A stretch of DNA of 64,000 bases from a virus. Taxonomy: Duplodnaviria > Caudoviricetes. Each line of letters starts with the position of its first letter. Position 1 is the stretch's first letter. The notes beneath the pieces are model-generated. The model made no database searches, had not been told where the DNA came from, and was given only the letters and a program-made list of their open reading frames with translations. The stretch is taken from the IMG/VR virus record IMGVR_UViG_3300042453_002018, positions 1-64,000 of that record; one strand, given 5' to 3'. This document shows, piece by piece, positions 10,183 through 18,627 of the stretch. The translations under genes and the position numbers were made by a program.

Positions 10183-11402
10183 AATTCATGGATTATCTAA
10201 GAGAAAGTAAAGAAGGAAAGAATGTTCATTTGGAACATTTGGAAGATAATGTACTGAACGCTGGCGTATCTGGTGCGCGTGAAGCAATTGAGTTTCTCCG
10301 TTCTTTGCGTAATATGCTTGCTGGTCATACTGGCTCAAAAATAAATGTGACCACAAAATGGGATGGCGCACCTGCTATCTTTGCTGGCACAAATCCAGAG
10401 AATGGTAAATTTTTTGTTGGTACTAAATCAGTATTTGCAAAAAATGCAAAATTGAATTATACTGACGAAGACATCGATGAAAATCATCCGAGTGGTGGTT
10501 TGAATGAAAAACTCAAACTTGCCCTAGCGTTCTTGCCTAAGTTGGGCATCAAAGGTGTGCTACAAGGCGACATGATGTTTTCAAAAGGAGATATTCAAAC
10601 CGAAACAATTGAGGGTGAAGATTATATTACATTTCAACCAAATACAATCGTGTATGCTGTGCCAACCAAATCAAAGTTAGCACAAACGATGCTTACTGCA
10701 CAAATTGGTGTTGTGTTTCACACATCGTATTCGGGTAAAACATTAGAAACGATGAAAGCATCATTTAATATTGATATCGGACATTTGAAGCCAACAAAAG
10801 ACGTTTGGTTTCGTGATGCTGCGTTTACTGACGCATCTGGTTCAGCAACATTCACACAAGAAGAAACAGCAGCAATTACATCAATTTTGTCTAACGCGGG
10901 TCGTGTGTTTCAATCGATACCTGCATTGACATTAAATCGTATTGCTGCGTCGGATGTTTTCTTGACACAAATCAAAACATTCAATAACACAAAAGTTCGT
11001 GAAGGCAAAAAGATTGCTGACACAAGAGTTCACACACAAGAACTCATCAATTATGTTGAGGCAAAGCTAAACAAAGAAATACTAGCAGCAAAGAAAGATG
11101 ACACAAAACAGAAACGCATCAAAGAGAAAAATGAAGTGATGCGTTTTTATCGGTCAAATGCCATTCAGTTGAAACAAATATTTGATTTGATGAATCTGAT
11201 TGTCGATGCAAAGTTGATGATCATTCGTAAGTTGGAAACAATTAAAAACATAGGCACATTTGTTCGTACAGAAGATGGATTCAAGATTACGGCACCAGAA
11301 GGATTCGTCGCAGTTGATCATGTAGGCAAAGCGTTGAAACTAGTAGATAGACTAGAATTCAGTCACAAGAATTTTACAGCACAAAAGGCATGGGACAAAT
11401 AA
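10179..11402 (+). CDS. conserved T4-like phage protein (DUF6267-like) with ligase-type nucleotidyltransferase motifs
   Basis: HLEHLED; TTKWDG, QGDMM, EGFVAVD, LKLVD; N-terminus MKFMDYLRE. Confidence 0.65.
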   Translation: MKFMDYLRESKEGKNVHLEHLEDNVLNAGVSGAREAIEFLRSLRNMLAGHTGSKINVTTKWDGAPAIFAGTNPENGKFFVGTKSVFAKNAKLNYTDEDIDENHPSGGLNEKLKLALAFLPKLGIKGVLQGDMMFSKGDIQTETIEGEDYITFQPNTIVYAVPTKSKLAQTMLTAQIGVVFHTSYSGKTLETMKASFNIDIGHLKPTKDVWFRDAAFTDASGSATFTQEETAAITSILSNAGRVFQSIPALTLNRIAASDVFLTQIKTFNNTKVREGKKIADTRVHTQELINYVEAKLNKEILAAKKDDTKQKRIKEKNEVMRFYRSNAIQLKQIFDLMNLIVDAKLMIIRKLETIKNIGTFVRTEDGFKITAPEGFVAVDHVGKALKLVDRLEFSHKNFTAQKAWDK

Positions 11403-11674
11403 TGGAATACGATATTAATAAAATTTTAGCAGAATATGCAGACGATGATTTTGGTTTTAGTACCGTAGATGAGGTAGAATATCAAGCAGTCATTGCAGAG
11501 AAAGATGAAACTGTTGAAGAATACAAAGCACGACTTCAGCAAGTAGAAAAAATTATCATGCCATTTTTGACGAATCTGTATAAAACTGCAAGTCAACCAT
11601 ACATTCATTGGCCAAATCGTGGACCAATCATTGAAAAACAAATGCAAAAAATTCTGACATTGACGAGGGGATAA
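11402..11674 (+). CDS. hypothetical protein
   Basis: DDFGFS...YIHWPNR; abuts neighbours. Confidence 0.7.
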   Translation: MEYDINKILAEYADDDFGFSTVDEVEYQAVIAEKDETVEEYKARLQQVEKIIMPFLTNLYKTASQPYIHWPNRGPIIEKQMQKILTLTRG

Positions 11675-11997
11675 TGATTACGATATCAGCTTCAGCACTA
11701 AAGAAAATCAAATCAATCATCAACGAAGAAAGTCCTGATCTAAAATTGAGGGTGTTCGTTCAGGGCGGTGGTTGTTCTGGATTTCAATATGGATTTACAT
11801 TAGAAGAATTGCCTGCGGCAGACGATGACTTTACTTTTGAAAAAGATGGTGTTGGTGTTGTTGTTGACAGTATGAGTATGCAATATATGAATGAAGCTGA
11901 AATTGATTATAAAGAAGATTTGATGGGCGCATCATTCACAATCAAAAATCCAAATGTAACTGCAACGTGTGGTTGTGGTTCATCATTCACGATATGA
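11674..11997 (+). CDS. erpA: Fe-S cluster insertion protein ErpA/IscA (HesB family)
   Basis: [15 protein letters not shown] and NPN...CGCGSSF. Confidence 0.93.
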   Translation: MITISASALKKIKSIINEESPDLKLRVFVQGGGCSGFQYGFTLEELPAADDDFTFEKDGVGVVVDSMSMQYMNEAEIDYKEDLMGASFTIKNPNVTATCGCGSSFTI

Positions 11998-12179
11998 GAA
12001 CTTTCAAAGACTTTTTAAAGGCAAACAAAGATCAAAGACAGGAGTTTGTGTCTAAAGCTGGTGCTGGAGAATGGGGAAGACCAGAACTGACTACTAAATA
12101 TCTTGATGATACGCCTGGTCAGAGTCAACAACAATATAAAAAATACACAGGAAACTGGGCAACGACGGACATAAAATAA
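11994..12179 (+). CDS. small protein with capsid-targeting-like N-terminus
   Basis: MRTFKDFLK...GAGEWG...TPGQ. Confidence 0.6.
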   Translation: MRTFKDFLKANKDQRQEFVSKAGAGEWGRPELTTKYLDDTPGQSQQQYKKYTGNWATTDIK

Positions 12180-12194
12180 ATTACTGGAGATATT

Positions 12195-13034
12195 ATGAAG
12201 GACTGTATTGTGGGTTGTTCGACCAATTATGACTGGTCGAAACTAAAATATTGGGTAAATTCAATCAACGCATCAGGCTTTGAAGGCGACAAAGTTCTGA
12301 TTCTAATGAACTGCGACAAAGAGACTACAGAAAAAGTAACTGACGCAGGCTTTTCAATTATAGCATTTAATCAAGATGCTGAAGGCAATCTTTTGTATGA
12401 ATCAAATGTAATGGTTCATGTGGAAAGATTTATTCACATCAACAGACTTCTAGCACAAAATGATTACCGTTATGTAATCACAACAGACGTTAGAGATGTA
12501 ATTTTCCAAAAGAATCCTATCACTTGGATTGAAGAGAATCTTCACGAAAATGAAGATTTAATTTTTTCTTCAGAAAGTATAAAATATAAAGATGAACCAT
12601 GGGGTCGTGAAAACATATCACAATGCTATGGACTAGGAATTTATGAGCAGTATAAAAATAATACAATTTTCAATGTCGGTGTGATTGCTGGTCGTGGTCA
12701 TGCGATGAGAGACTTAGCTTTACAAATTTTTCTAAACAGCATTAATCGACCGATTCCAATCGTGGATCAAGCTGTGTTTAACGTGATGATTTCAAGACAT
12801 CCATATTTGAAGAATTCTTTATACACTAAATCGGAAGATGGATGGGCGTGTCAATTGGGCACAACCGCTGATCCAAGCAAAGTTCATTTATTCAGACCCG
12901 ATCTTTTAGAACCATCACCAAAATTAGAGAACGATAAAGTTGTAACTTCAACAGGAATAGAGTATACTATTGTACATCAGTATGATCGTGTGCCAGAGTG
13001 GCGTAACGTGATAGAGGCAAAATATGACAAATAA
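12195..13034 (+). CDS. putative glycosyltransferase
   Basis: TDVRDVIFQ (DxD-like), NVGVIAG, DQAVFN, IVHQYDR. Confidence 0.65.
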   Translation: MKDCIVGCSTNYDWSKLKYWVNSINASGFEGDKVLILMNCDKETTEKVTDAGFSIIAFNQDAEGNLLYESNVMVHVERFIHINRLLAQNDYRYVITTDVRDVIFQKNPITWIEENLHENEDLIFSSESIKYKDEPWGRENISQCYGLGIYEQYKNNTIFNVGVIAGRGHAMRDLALQIFLNSINRPIPIVDQAVFNVMISRHPYLKNSLYTKSEDGWACQLGTTADPSKVHLFRPDLLEPSPKLENDKVVTSTGIEYTIVHQYDRVPEWRNVIEAKYDK

Positions 13035-13701
13035 AATTAAAGAATTATTCTGGGAACTTGGAAAGCAGTCCACTAAATGGTCAGGTTATTTTGATGTATA
13101 TGAGAGACATCTTAGTAAATTTGTAGGCAAAAAGCCAAGAATCTTAGAGATTGGTATTCTTGGTGGTGGCTCAATAGAGTTGTGGTTAAAATATTTTGGT
13201 GAAGGCACAAGTGTTGTAGGACTAGATATTGAGCCTAAATCTTTAGAACACAAATATGATGGAAATGTAATAATCGTTATTGGTGATCAAAGTGATCCAG
13301 TTTTTTGGGATCAGTTTCTTCCTACACAAGAAAAATTTGACATTGTAATTGATGATGGTTCTCATATTATGAATCATCAAATTCTCACATCAAATAAAAT
13401 ATTTCCACACATAAAAGAAGGTGGTGTTTTTATCTGTGAGGATACACATACAAGTTATTGGCCACACCATTGGGGCGGATCATTCAGAGGTGCTGGAACT
13501 TTCATTGAACACTCAAAGCGTGTTACTGATATTGTCAATCATCAACATTTTCAAGGTTCACCTATCTCAAATGAAGCACTAGAGGTGTATAAAAATCTTT
13601 ACTCAGTATCATTCTATAATAGTATGGTCGTTATGGAAAAAGAAGAATTGAAGCCGTTTGGTATTACTGATAACAAAGCAAACATTGGACGTGATCTATG
13701 A
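13024..13701 (+). CDS. class I SAM-dependent methyltransferase
   Basis: ILEIGILGGGS, GDQS, DIVIDDGSH, ICED. Confidence 0.88.
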   Translation: MTNKIKELFWELGKQSTKWSGYFDVYERHLSKFVGKKPRILEIGILGGGSIELWLKYFGEGTSVVGLDIEPKSLEHKYDGNVIIVIGDQSDPVFWDQFLPTQEKFDIVIDDGSHIMNHQILTSNKIFPHIKEGGVFICEDTHTSYWPHHWGGSFRGAGTFIEHSKRVTDIVNHQHFQGSPISNEALEVYKNLYSVSFYNSMVVMEKEELKPFGITDNKANIGRDL

Positions 13702-14411
13702 GAATAGCATTGTGTATTTCTGGTCAACCACGAATGTGGGAAAAAGGATTTGAGTATCATTATAAAAATATTATCAGCGGAAATGATGTAACGGTATTTT
13801 TACATTCTTGGGAAATGCCAGGAACACAAATCCATGAGATATCTGAAAAATATGGTGCTTATAGTTTTGTAACATCACCTAATCCAACAGTTGATTTATC
13901 AAAATATAAAAACACTCCAGCGCCATCGATAAACTGGAAAGTAAAAGATGGCCGCATGTCAACGTATGCACAGTTATATGCTATCAAAGAGTGTATGCAG
14001 AGTAAATGTGAATATGAAAAATACACAAATATGAAATTTGATTGGGTTGTTCGTTCACGTTTTGATTTTGCTGTTAATATTCGCATACCGTTCGACACTT
14101 TAAATCCTAACAAATTATACGTACCGAATTGTCGTGTGACACCGAATCGTGATTTTGGTAATGATCAATTTGCGTTTTCTTCTTCCGAAAACATGGACAA
14201 GTATGCAGATGCATATAATCATATTGATGAGTTCTATAATTGTGGTGTGCCTTATATGATGGAAGATTTCATGAGTGCTAATTGGAAATTACATGGTCTT
14301 GTTGGTAAAAATCTTGTATATTGTGACTTTAATCATCCGTTTCCACCAGGACCATACAACAGCACATGGCATTCATTACTCAGAGAAGACTTTGAAGAGT
14401 GGCTAAAATGA
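13698..14411 (+). CDS. putative glycosyltransferase-like protein
   Basis: IALCISGQPR, FLHSW, VVRSRFD, NDQFA motifs typical of glycosylation islands. Confidence 0.55.
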   Translation: MRIALCISGQPRMWEKGFEYHYKNIISGNDVTVFLHSWEMPGTQIHEISEKYGAYSFVTSPNPTVDLSKYKNTPAPSINWKVKDGRMSTYAQLYAIKECMQSKCEYEKYTNMKFDWVVRSRFDFAVNIRIPFDTLNPNKLYVPNCRVTPNRDFGNDQFAFSSSENMDKYADAYNHIDEFYNCGVPYMMEDFMSANWKLHGLVGKNLVYCDFNHPFPPGPYNSTWHSLLREDFEEWLK

Positions 14412-15130
14412 ATCTGATAATTTGCATGGCAGGTTATAACACACGTTTTCACGATGTGGGTTTTGATATACCCAAATATCTTTTGCCATGGAATGACAAG
14501 ACAATCATATATGAGATTTTAAAAAATCTTGGTTGGGTTACGCAACTTATCCTTGTGGCAAACAAAAGAGATGTTTACTTCAAAGATCAACTTGAAGAGG
14601 CAATCAAACCACTAGGCTGGAATGAAAGTAACATTTTGTATATTGGCGATACAAAAGGTCAAGCACACACAGCAGCGATTGGTATTGAACAACTCAACAA
14701 CAAAAATTTACCAACATTCGTTCACAATGCAGATACCATCATCAAAGGTCGTCGTATAGATTTTATTGCTGACGATTTGACTGCAAAGTATGATGCATAC
14801 ATTGATGTATTTGTGGGCAACTCACCAAAGTATTCTTACGTTCGTGCATATGAAAATATAATTACGGAAATTGTAGAGAAAAAACAAATATCACCATATG
14901 CATCATCTGGTTTTTACGGCTTTTTAACAGGACATCTTTACCTAGAATACTACAACAAATTAATTCAAACTGATGGTGAATTGTATATTGCAAATGTGAT
15001 TCAAAGTATGATAGAATCTAATAAACAAGTGTTTATGAATCCTCTAGGTAACAACCAAGAGACTATTGTATTAGGCAGTCCACAAGAATATGGCATAGAG
15101 ATAGCAAGACAAGCATTGGGTGCAAAATGA
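14408..15130 (+). CDS. sugar-phosphate nucleotidyltransferase (NTP_transferase-like)
   Basis: ICMAGYNTRF...PKYLL, TKGQAHT, HNAD, GELYI, LGSPQE. Confidence 0.8.
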   Translation: MNLIICMAGYNTRFHDVGFDIPKYLLPWNDKTIIYEILKNLGWVTQLILVANKRDVYFKDQLEEAIKPLGWNESNILYIGDTKGQAHTAAIGIEQLNNKNLPTFVHNADTIIKGRRIDFIADDLTAKYDAYIDVFVGNSPKYSYVRAYENIITEIVEKKQISPYASSGFYGFLTGHLYLEYYNKLIQTDGELYIANVIQSMIESNKQVFMNPLGNNQETIVLGSPQEYGIEIARQALGAK

Positions 15131-16080
15131 AATCGATATCATTAAAAGGAGGTTCACTTAGCAAGACTTATTGGATGCCAAGTGAAAAAATTGTTCGTAA
15201 AGAAGTTTCAAGAATACAGAATCGTGAGTACGGTTTCATGCGTTGGTACTCACAATTGAAAAAGTTACAAGAATACAATACTCTGTATCCTGGATTGTTT
15301 CCTAAAGTTGTGAATGTTGGTTCTGATGCGAAGACTGCATGGTTCGATCTTGAATATCTTGAAGGTTTTCGTGATATCAAAAGCATTCTCAGTAAAGACA
15401 TATTAAACGAAGAGCAAATCTTCAAAATGAGTAAGGCAGTTTGGAAAGGACTGAACACAATTCATTCAGTCAAAAAAGAACCAATTAAAGGTGCGCCAAG
15501 TTTATATTTCGAAGAAGAGATACAACAAAAGATTGATGATGCAATTAAGATACCTTCATTCCAAGAATTTTTTTATCGTGGCTCATATGGCCTAAACAAC
15601 AAAGTTGTAATTGGAATTGCTGGTTATTTGTATGATCTTCATAACTACTTCAATGAACTAGAAAATGATGAAGAGTGCAACATACATGGCAATCCAACAC
15701 TTGAAAACATCATGTATTCATTCGAAGAAGACCGTGTGGTTTTTATTGACACATATGATGAGAGTATGTGGAACACCAAGTATCTTGATTACGCACAGGT
15801 GTTGCAATGCTCACGCAGTCACTATGGTTTTATTAATGACCGCGATGTTCGTGTGACGGGTATCGATTTCTTCAATCCAAATAGAGGTACAGAACACTTC
15901 GATACATTCAATAAACACTTTATCTCTGAGTTGCCAGAAGATAAAATGAAACTCATAGATATATTAGAAGCATCACAGTTTATTCGTATGCTGCCATTCA
16001 AGTTAATTGCTGGCGACATCAACAAAGCAAAATATTTTTATGTTCATGCATGTGAATTGTTTGGTAAGGTAATGAGATGA
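15127..16080 (+). CDS. APH/choline kinase-like phosphotransferase
   Basis: LKGGSLS N-lobe loop, HGNPTLEN catalytic loop (canonical D is N), FID. Confidence 0.7.
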   Translation: MKSISLKGGSLSKTYWMPSEKIVRKEVSRIQNREYGFMRWYSQLKKLQEYNTLYPGLFPKVVNVGSDAKTAWFDLEYLEGFRDIKSILSKDILNEEQIFKMSKAVWKGLNTIHSVKKEPIKGAPSLYFEEEIQQKIDDAIKIPSFQEFFYRGSYGLNNKVVIGIAGYLYDLHNYFNELENDEECNIHGNPTLENIMYSFEEDRVVFIDTYDESMWNTKYLDYAQVLQCSRSHYGFINDRDVRVTGIDFFNPNRGTEHFDTFNKHFISELPEDKMKLIDILEASQFIRMLPFKLIAGDINKAKYFYVHACELFGKVMR

Positions 16081-17213
16081 GTTTAGACTTTATGATGGAT
16101 TATGACAAGTTCAAACGAACTTGGTCGGTAAAAACAGAACTACCTGTAGAATTCAAACTTACATATTCTGCTGATATCTTTAGCCCAGGTAATCAAGATA
16201 TTGTAAACATCACGAATAGTGAACGTAGAATTATCGTCATTGATTCTGAAGTACATGATTTATACAAAGACAGTATCGCAGCATATTTTGGTGCAGTCAA
16301 ATTGAGTTGTAAGATATTATGTGTAGACTGTAAAGAAGAAAACAAGAATTGGAAAAATGTTGATCGTATTTTGGACTTTTTTGAACAATATGGAGTATTG
16401 CGCCGTGAACCTATTATCGCAATTGGCGGAGGTGTTCTGCTGGACATTGTTGGTTTTGCTTGTAGCATATACCGTCGTGGAATTCCCTACGTTAAGATTC
16501 CCACAACACTTCTTGCCATCGTTGACGCTTCTGTAGGCTCTAAAGTCGGAGTCAATCATATAGGTAGACGCAATCGTATTGGTGCATACTATCCACCACT
16601 TGCGACATACATTGATAAAAAGTTTATTAAGACGCAAAGTGAACGAGAAATCATCAATGGTATTGCAGAAATATTCAAACTTGCAGTCATCAAATCGCCA
16701 GAATTGTTTCATCTACTAGAAGAGAACGCAGAGATATTAATTGATGAAAAGTTTCAATATGGTGCTGTGCCAGTTCGTGTAATCAATCTTGCTATTACAG
16801 ACATGATTGCAGAGTTAGGACCAAATCTGTGGGAAAAACGATTAGATCGCTGTGTAGATTTTGGTCACACATTCAGTCCTATAATTGAGATGGCCAATAT
16901 ACCAGAGTTGTTGCATGGTGAAGCAGTAGCATTGGATTGTTTGTATAGTTCGTGCATTTCATTCATTCGTGGTTATATCGATACAGTTCAATTGAAACGA
17001 ATTTTTGATGTTGCAAAGAGATTGAAACTAAAAACATTTCATAAAGATTTTACCAACATGAAGTATTTGTTAGAGAGTCTGCGTGACGCAACTAAACATC
17101 GTAATGGTAATCAGTATGCACCATTGCCTATTGCAATTGGTAATTACAAAATTGTGAATGATCTTACTGAAGGTGAAATGAAACTTGCGATTGATGTTTT
17201 TGAGGAGATGTGA
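16077..17213 (+). CDS. sedoheptulose 7-phosphate cyclase, 2-epi-5-epi-valiolone synthase (EEVS)-like
   Basis: IGGGVLLD, YRRG, PTTLL, DASVG, MIAELGPNLWE, RCVDFGHTFSP, LLHGEAV. Confidence 0.85.
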   Translation: MSLDFMMDYDKFKRTWSVKTELPVEFKLTYSADIFSPGNQDIVNITNSERRIIVIDSEVHDLYKDSIAAYFGAVKLSCKILCVDCKEENKNWKNVDRILDFFEQYGVLRREPIIAIGGGVLLDIVGFACSIYRRGIPYVKIPTTLLAIVDASVGSKVGVNHIGRRNRIGAYYPPLATYIDKKFIKTQSEREIINGIAEIFKLAVIKSPELFHLLEENAEILIDEKFQYGAVPVRVINLAITDMIAELGPNLWEKRLDRCVDFGHTFSPIIEMANIPELLHGEAVALDCLYSSCISFIRGYIDTVQLKRIFDVAKRLKLKTFHKDFTNMKYLLESLRDATKHRNGNQYAPLPIAIGNYKIVNDLTEGEMKLAIDVFEEM

Positions 17214-17887
17214 TGCGTAAAGTTGCTGTGGTGACTGGTTGTAGTTATGGTCTTGGTTATGATATTGCAAACAGATTGATTGATGAAGGTTACTTTGTAT
17301 ACGGTATTTCACGCTCAGAGCCATCGCCGAATCTTTCGGCATATCCAGATACATTTCAATGGATAGAATGTGATATCTCAAACGCACAAGAAGTTAATAT
17401 GGCATTTAGAGAAATTGGCACATACATTGATGTTCTCGTAAATAATGCTGGTGTATATGGTTGGGGCGTATTTAAAACTGATTCCACAGTTAAGATGATT
17501 GATAACATAATTGATTTGAATGTCAAAGGCACGATGTATGTGACAAGAGAAGCTCTCCAACTCATGAACAAAGGTAGCGATATAATTTTTATTAACTCCG
17601 TTGCAGGTCTTGCTGAAATGGAATTGGAAGCAATTTACTCTGCATCTAAACACGCAATTACCGCTTTTGCTGGTGCATTAGGTGCAGAATTACACACTCA
17701 AATGGATGAAATTCGTGTTACAAGTATTCACCCCGGAGGTATAAAAACACCAATGCAGGATCATCACGCATATAAAGACAAATTTATGCATCCAGAAGAA
17801 GTAACAGACGCTCTAATACATGTACTCAATTCAAAAGCAACATATAAAACAATTAAATTATTTTCGGAGTTTGAATGGCATCAATAA
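17210..17887 (+). CDS. short-chain dehydrogenase/reductase
   Basis: TGCSYGLG, NNAG, YSASK, HPG. Confidence 0.92.
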   Translation: MMRKVAVVTGCSYGLGYDIANRLIDEGYFVYGISRSEPSPNLSAYPDTFQWIECDISNAQEVNMAFREIGTYIDVLVNNAGVYGWGVFKTDSTVKMIDNIIDLNVKGTMYVTREALQLMNKGSDIIFINSVAGLAEMELEAIYSASKHAITAFAGALGAELHTQMDEIRVTSIHPGGIKTPMQDHHAYKDKFMHPEEVTDALIHVLNSKATYKTIKLFSEFEWHQ

Positions 17888-18585
17888 TACCTGATCAAAA
17901 ATTATTCATCGTAACCTCGGCGCTGAATGCAACACTAGGTAACATTACACACGAAGAGAGATTAGAACAAACCATTCAAGGACTCAAAAAACTGAGAGAG
18001 TCTGTTCCAGATTGTATTGTATTGTTTGTCGATGGATCACCTCAGAAAATTGAAAAAGAAAAGATTTTGGAAATTTCAAATTTGGTAGACTTTGTTGCTG
18101 ATTTTTCAACAGATGAAATTGTCAATAGATTTGCAAAACAAAAGAAGAAGAGTGAAGCTGAGTGTGCTTTACTCATAAAAACTTTACTGCTTTTGAAGCA
18201 AGAACCTAGCATGATGAGAGTCCTACATTCAGTAAATCGCATTTTCAAAATATCCGCAAGAACCGATCTTTTGGAAGATTTTAACGTGTATGAACACGAT
18301 AGATGGGGTAAATATGTGTTCAAAAAACGCATTCCGACTTGGATATCAGACAGTAGAAATGAGTTTGCTACCGATCTTTTAATCACAAGAATGTTTTCTT
18401 TTTGTCCATCTTTAATAGACGATTATATAAGAACTCTTGGTGCCAACATCAATATCATCACACAAACGGAAATTGATACAGAACACGCTCATTTTTTGAA
18501 CATAAACAAAGAATTATTGGTGGAATTAGACCAGATTCATTGTCAAGGTACCGTAGCCACCACAAAAACGCTAGAAGTTTACTAA
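17875..18585 (+). CDS. hypothetical protein (glycosylation-island type)
   Basis: FIVTSA, FKISAR; last ORF of the cluster. Confidence 0.6.
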   Translation: MASIIPDQKLFIVTSALNATLGNITHEERLEQTIQGLKKLRESVPDCIVLFVDGSPQKIEKEKILEISNLVDFVADFSTDEIVNRFAKQKKKSEAECALLIKTLLLLKQEPSMMRVLHSVNRIFKISARTDLLEDFNVYEHDRWGKYVFKKRIPTWISDSRNEFATDLLITRMFSFCPSLIDDYIRTLGANINIITQTEIDTEHAHFLNINKELLVELDQIHCQGTVATTKTLEVY

Positions 18586-18595
18586 ATACTAAATA
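18581..18595 (+). promoter_or_regulatory. tandem late-promoter-like motifs ACTAAATA
   Basis: ACTAAATACTAAATA upstream of ATG18628. Confidence 0.6.
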
Positions 18596-18627
18596 ACATA
18601 AAACAACTGCTGTAGAGGCGGAAACAT

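Noticed and set aside
16077-17213. 3-dehydroquinate synthase (aroB)
   Set aside because: Carries PNLWE and DFGH signatures of sedoheptulose-7-P cyclases instead of the AroB LNxGH, and there are no shikimate-pathway neighbours.
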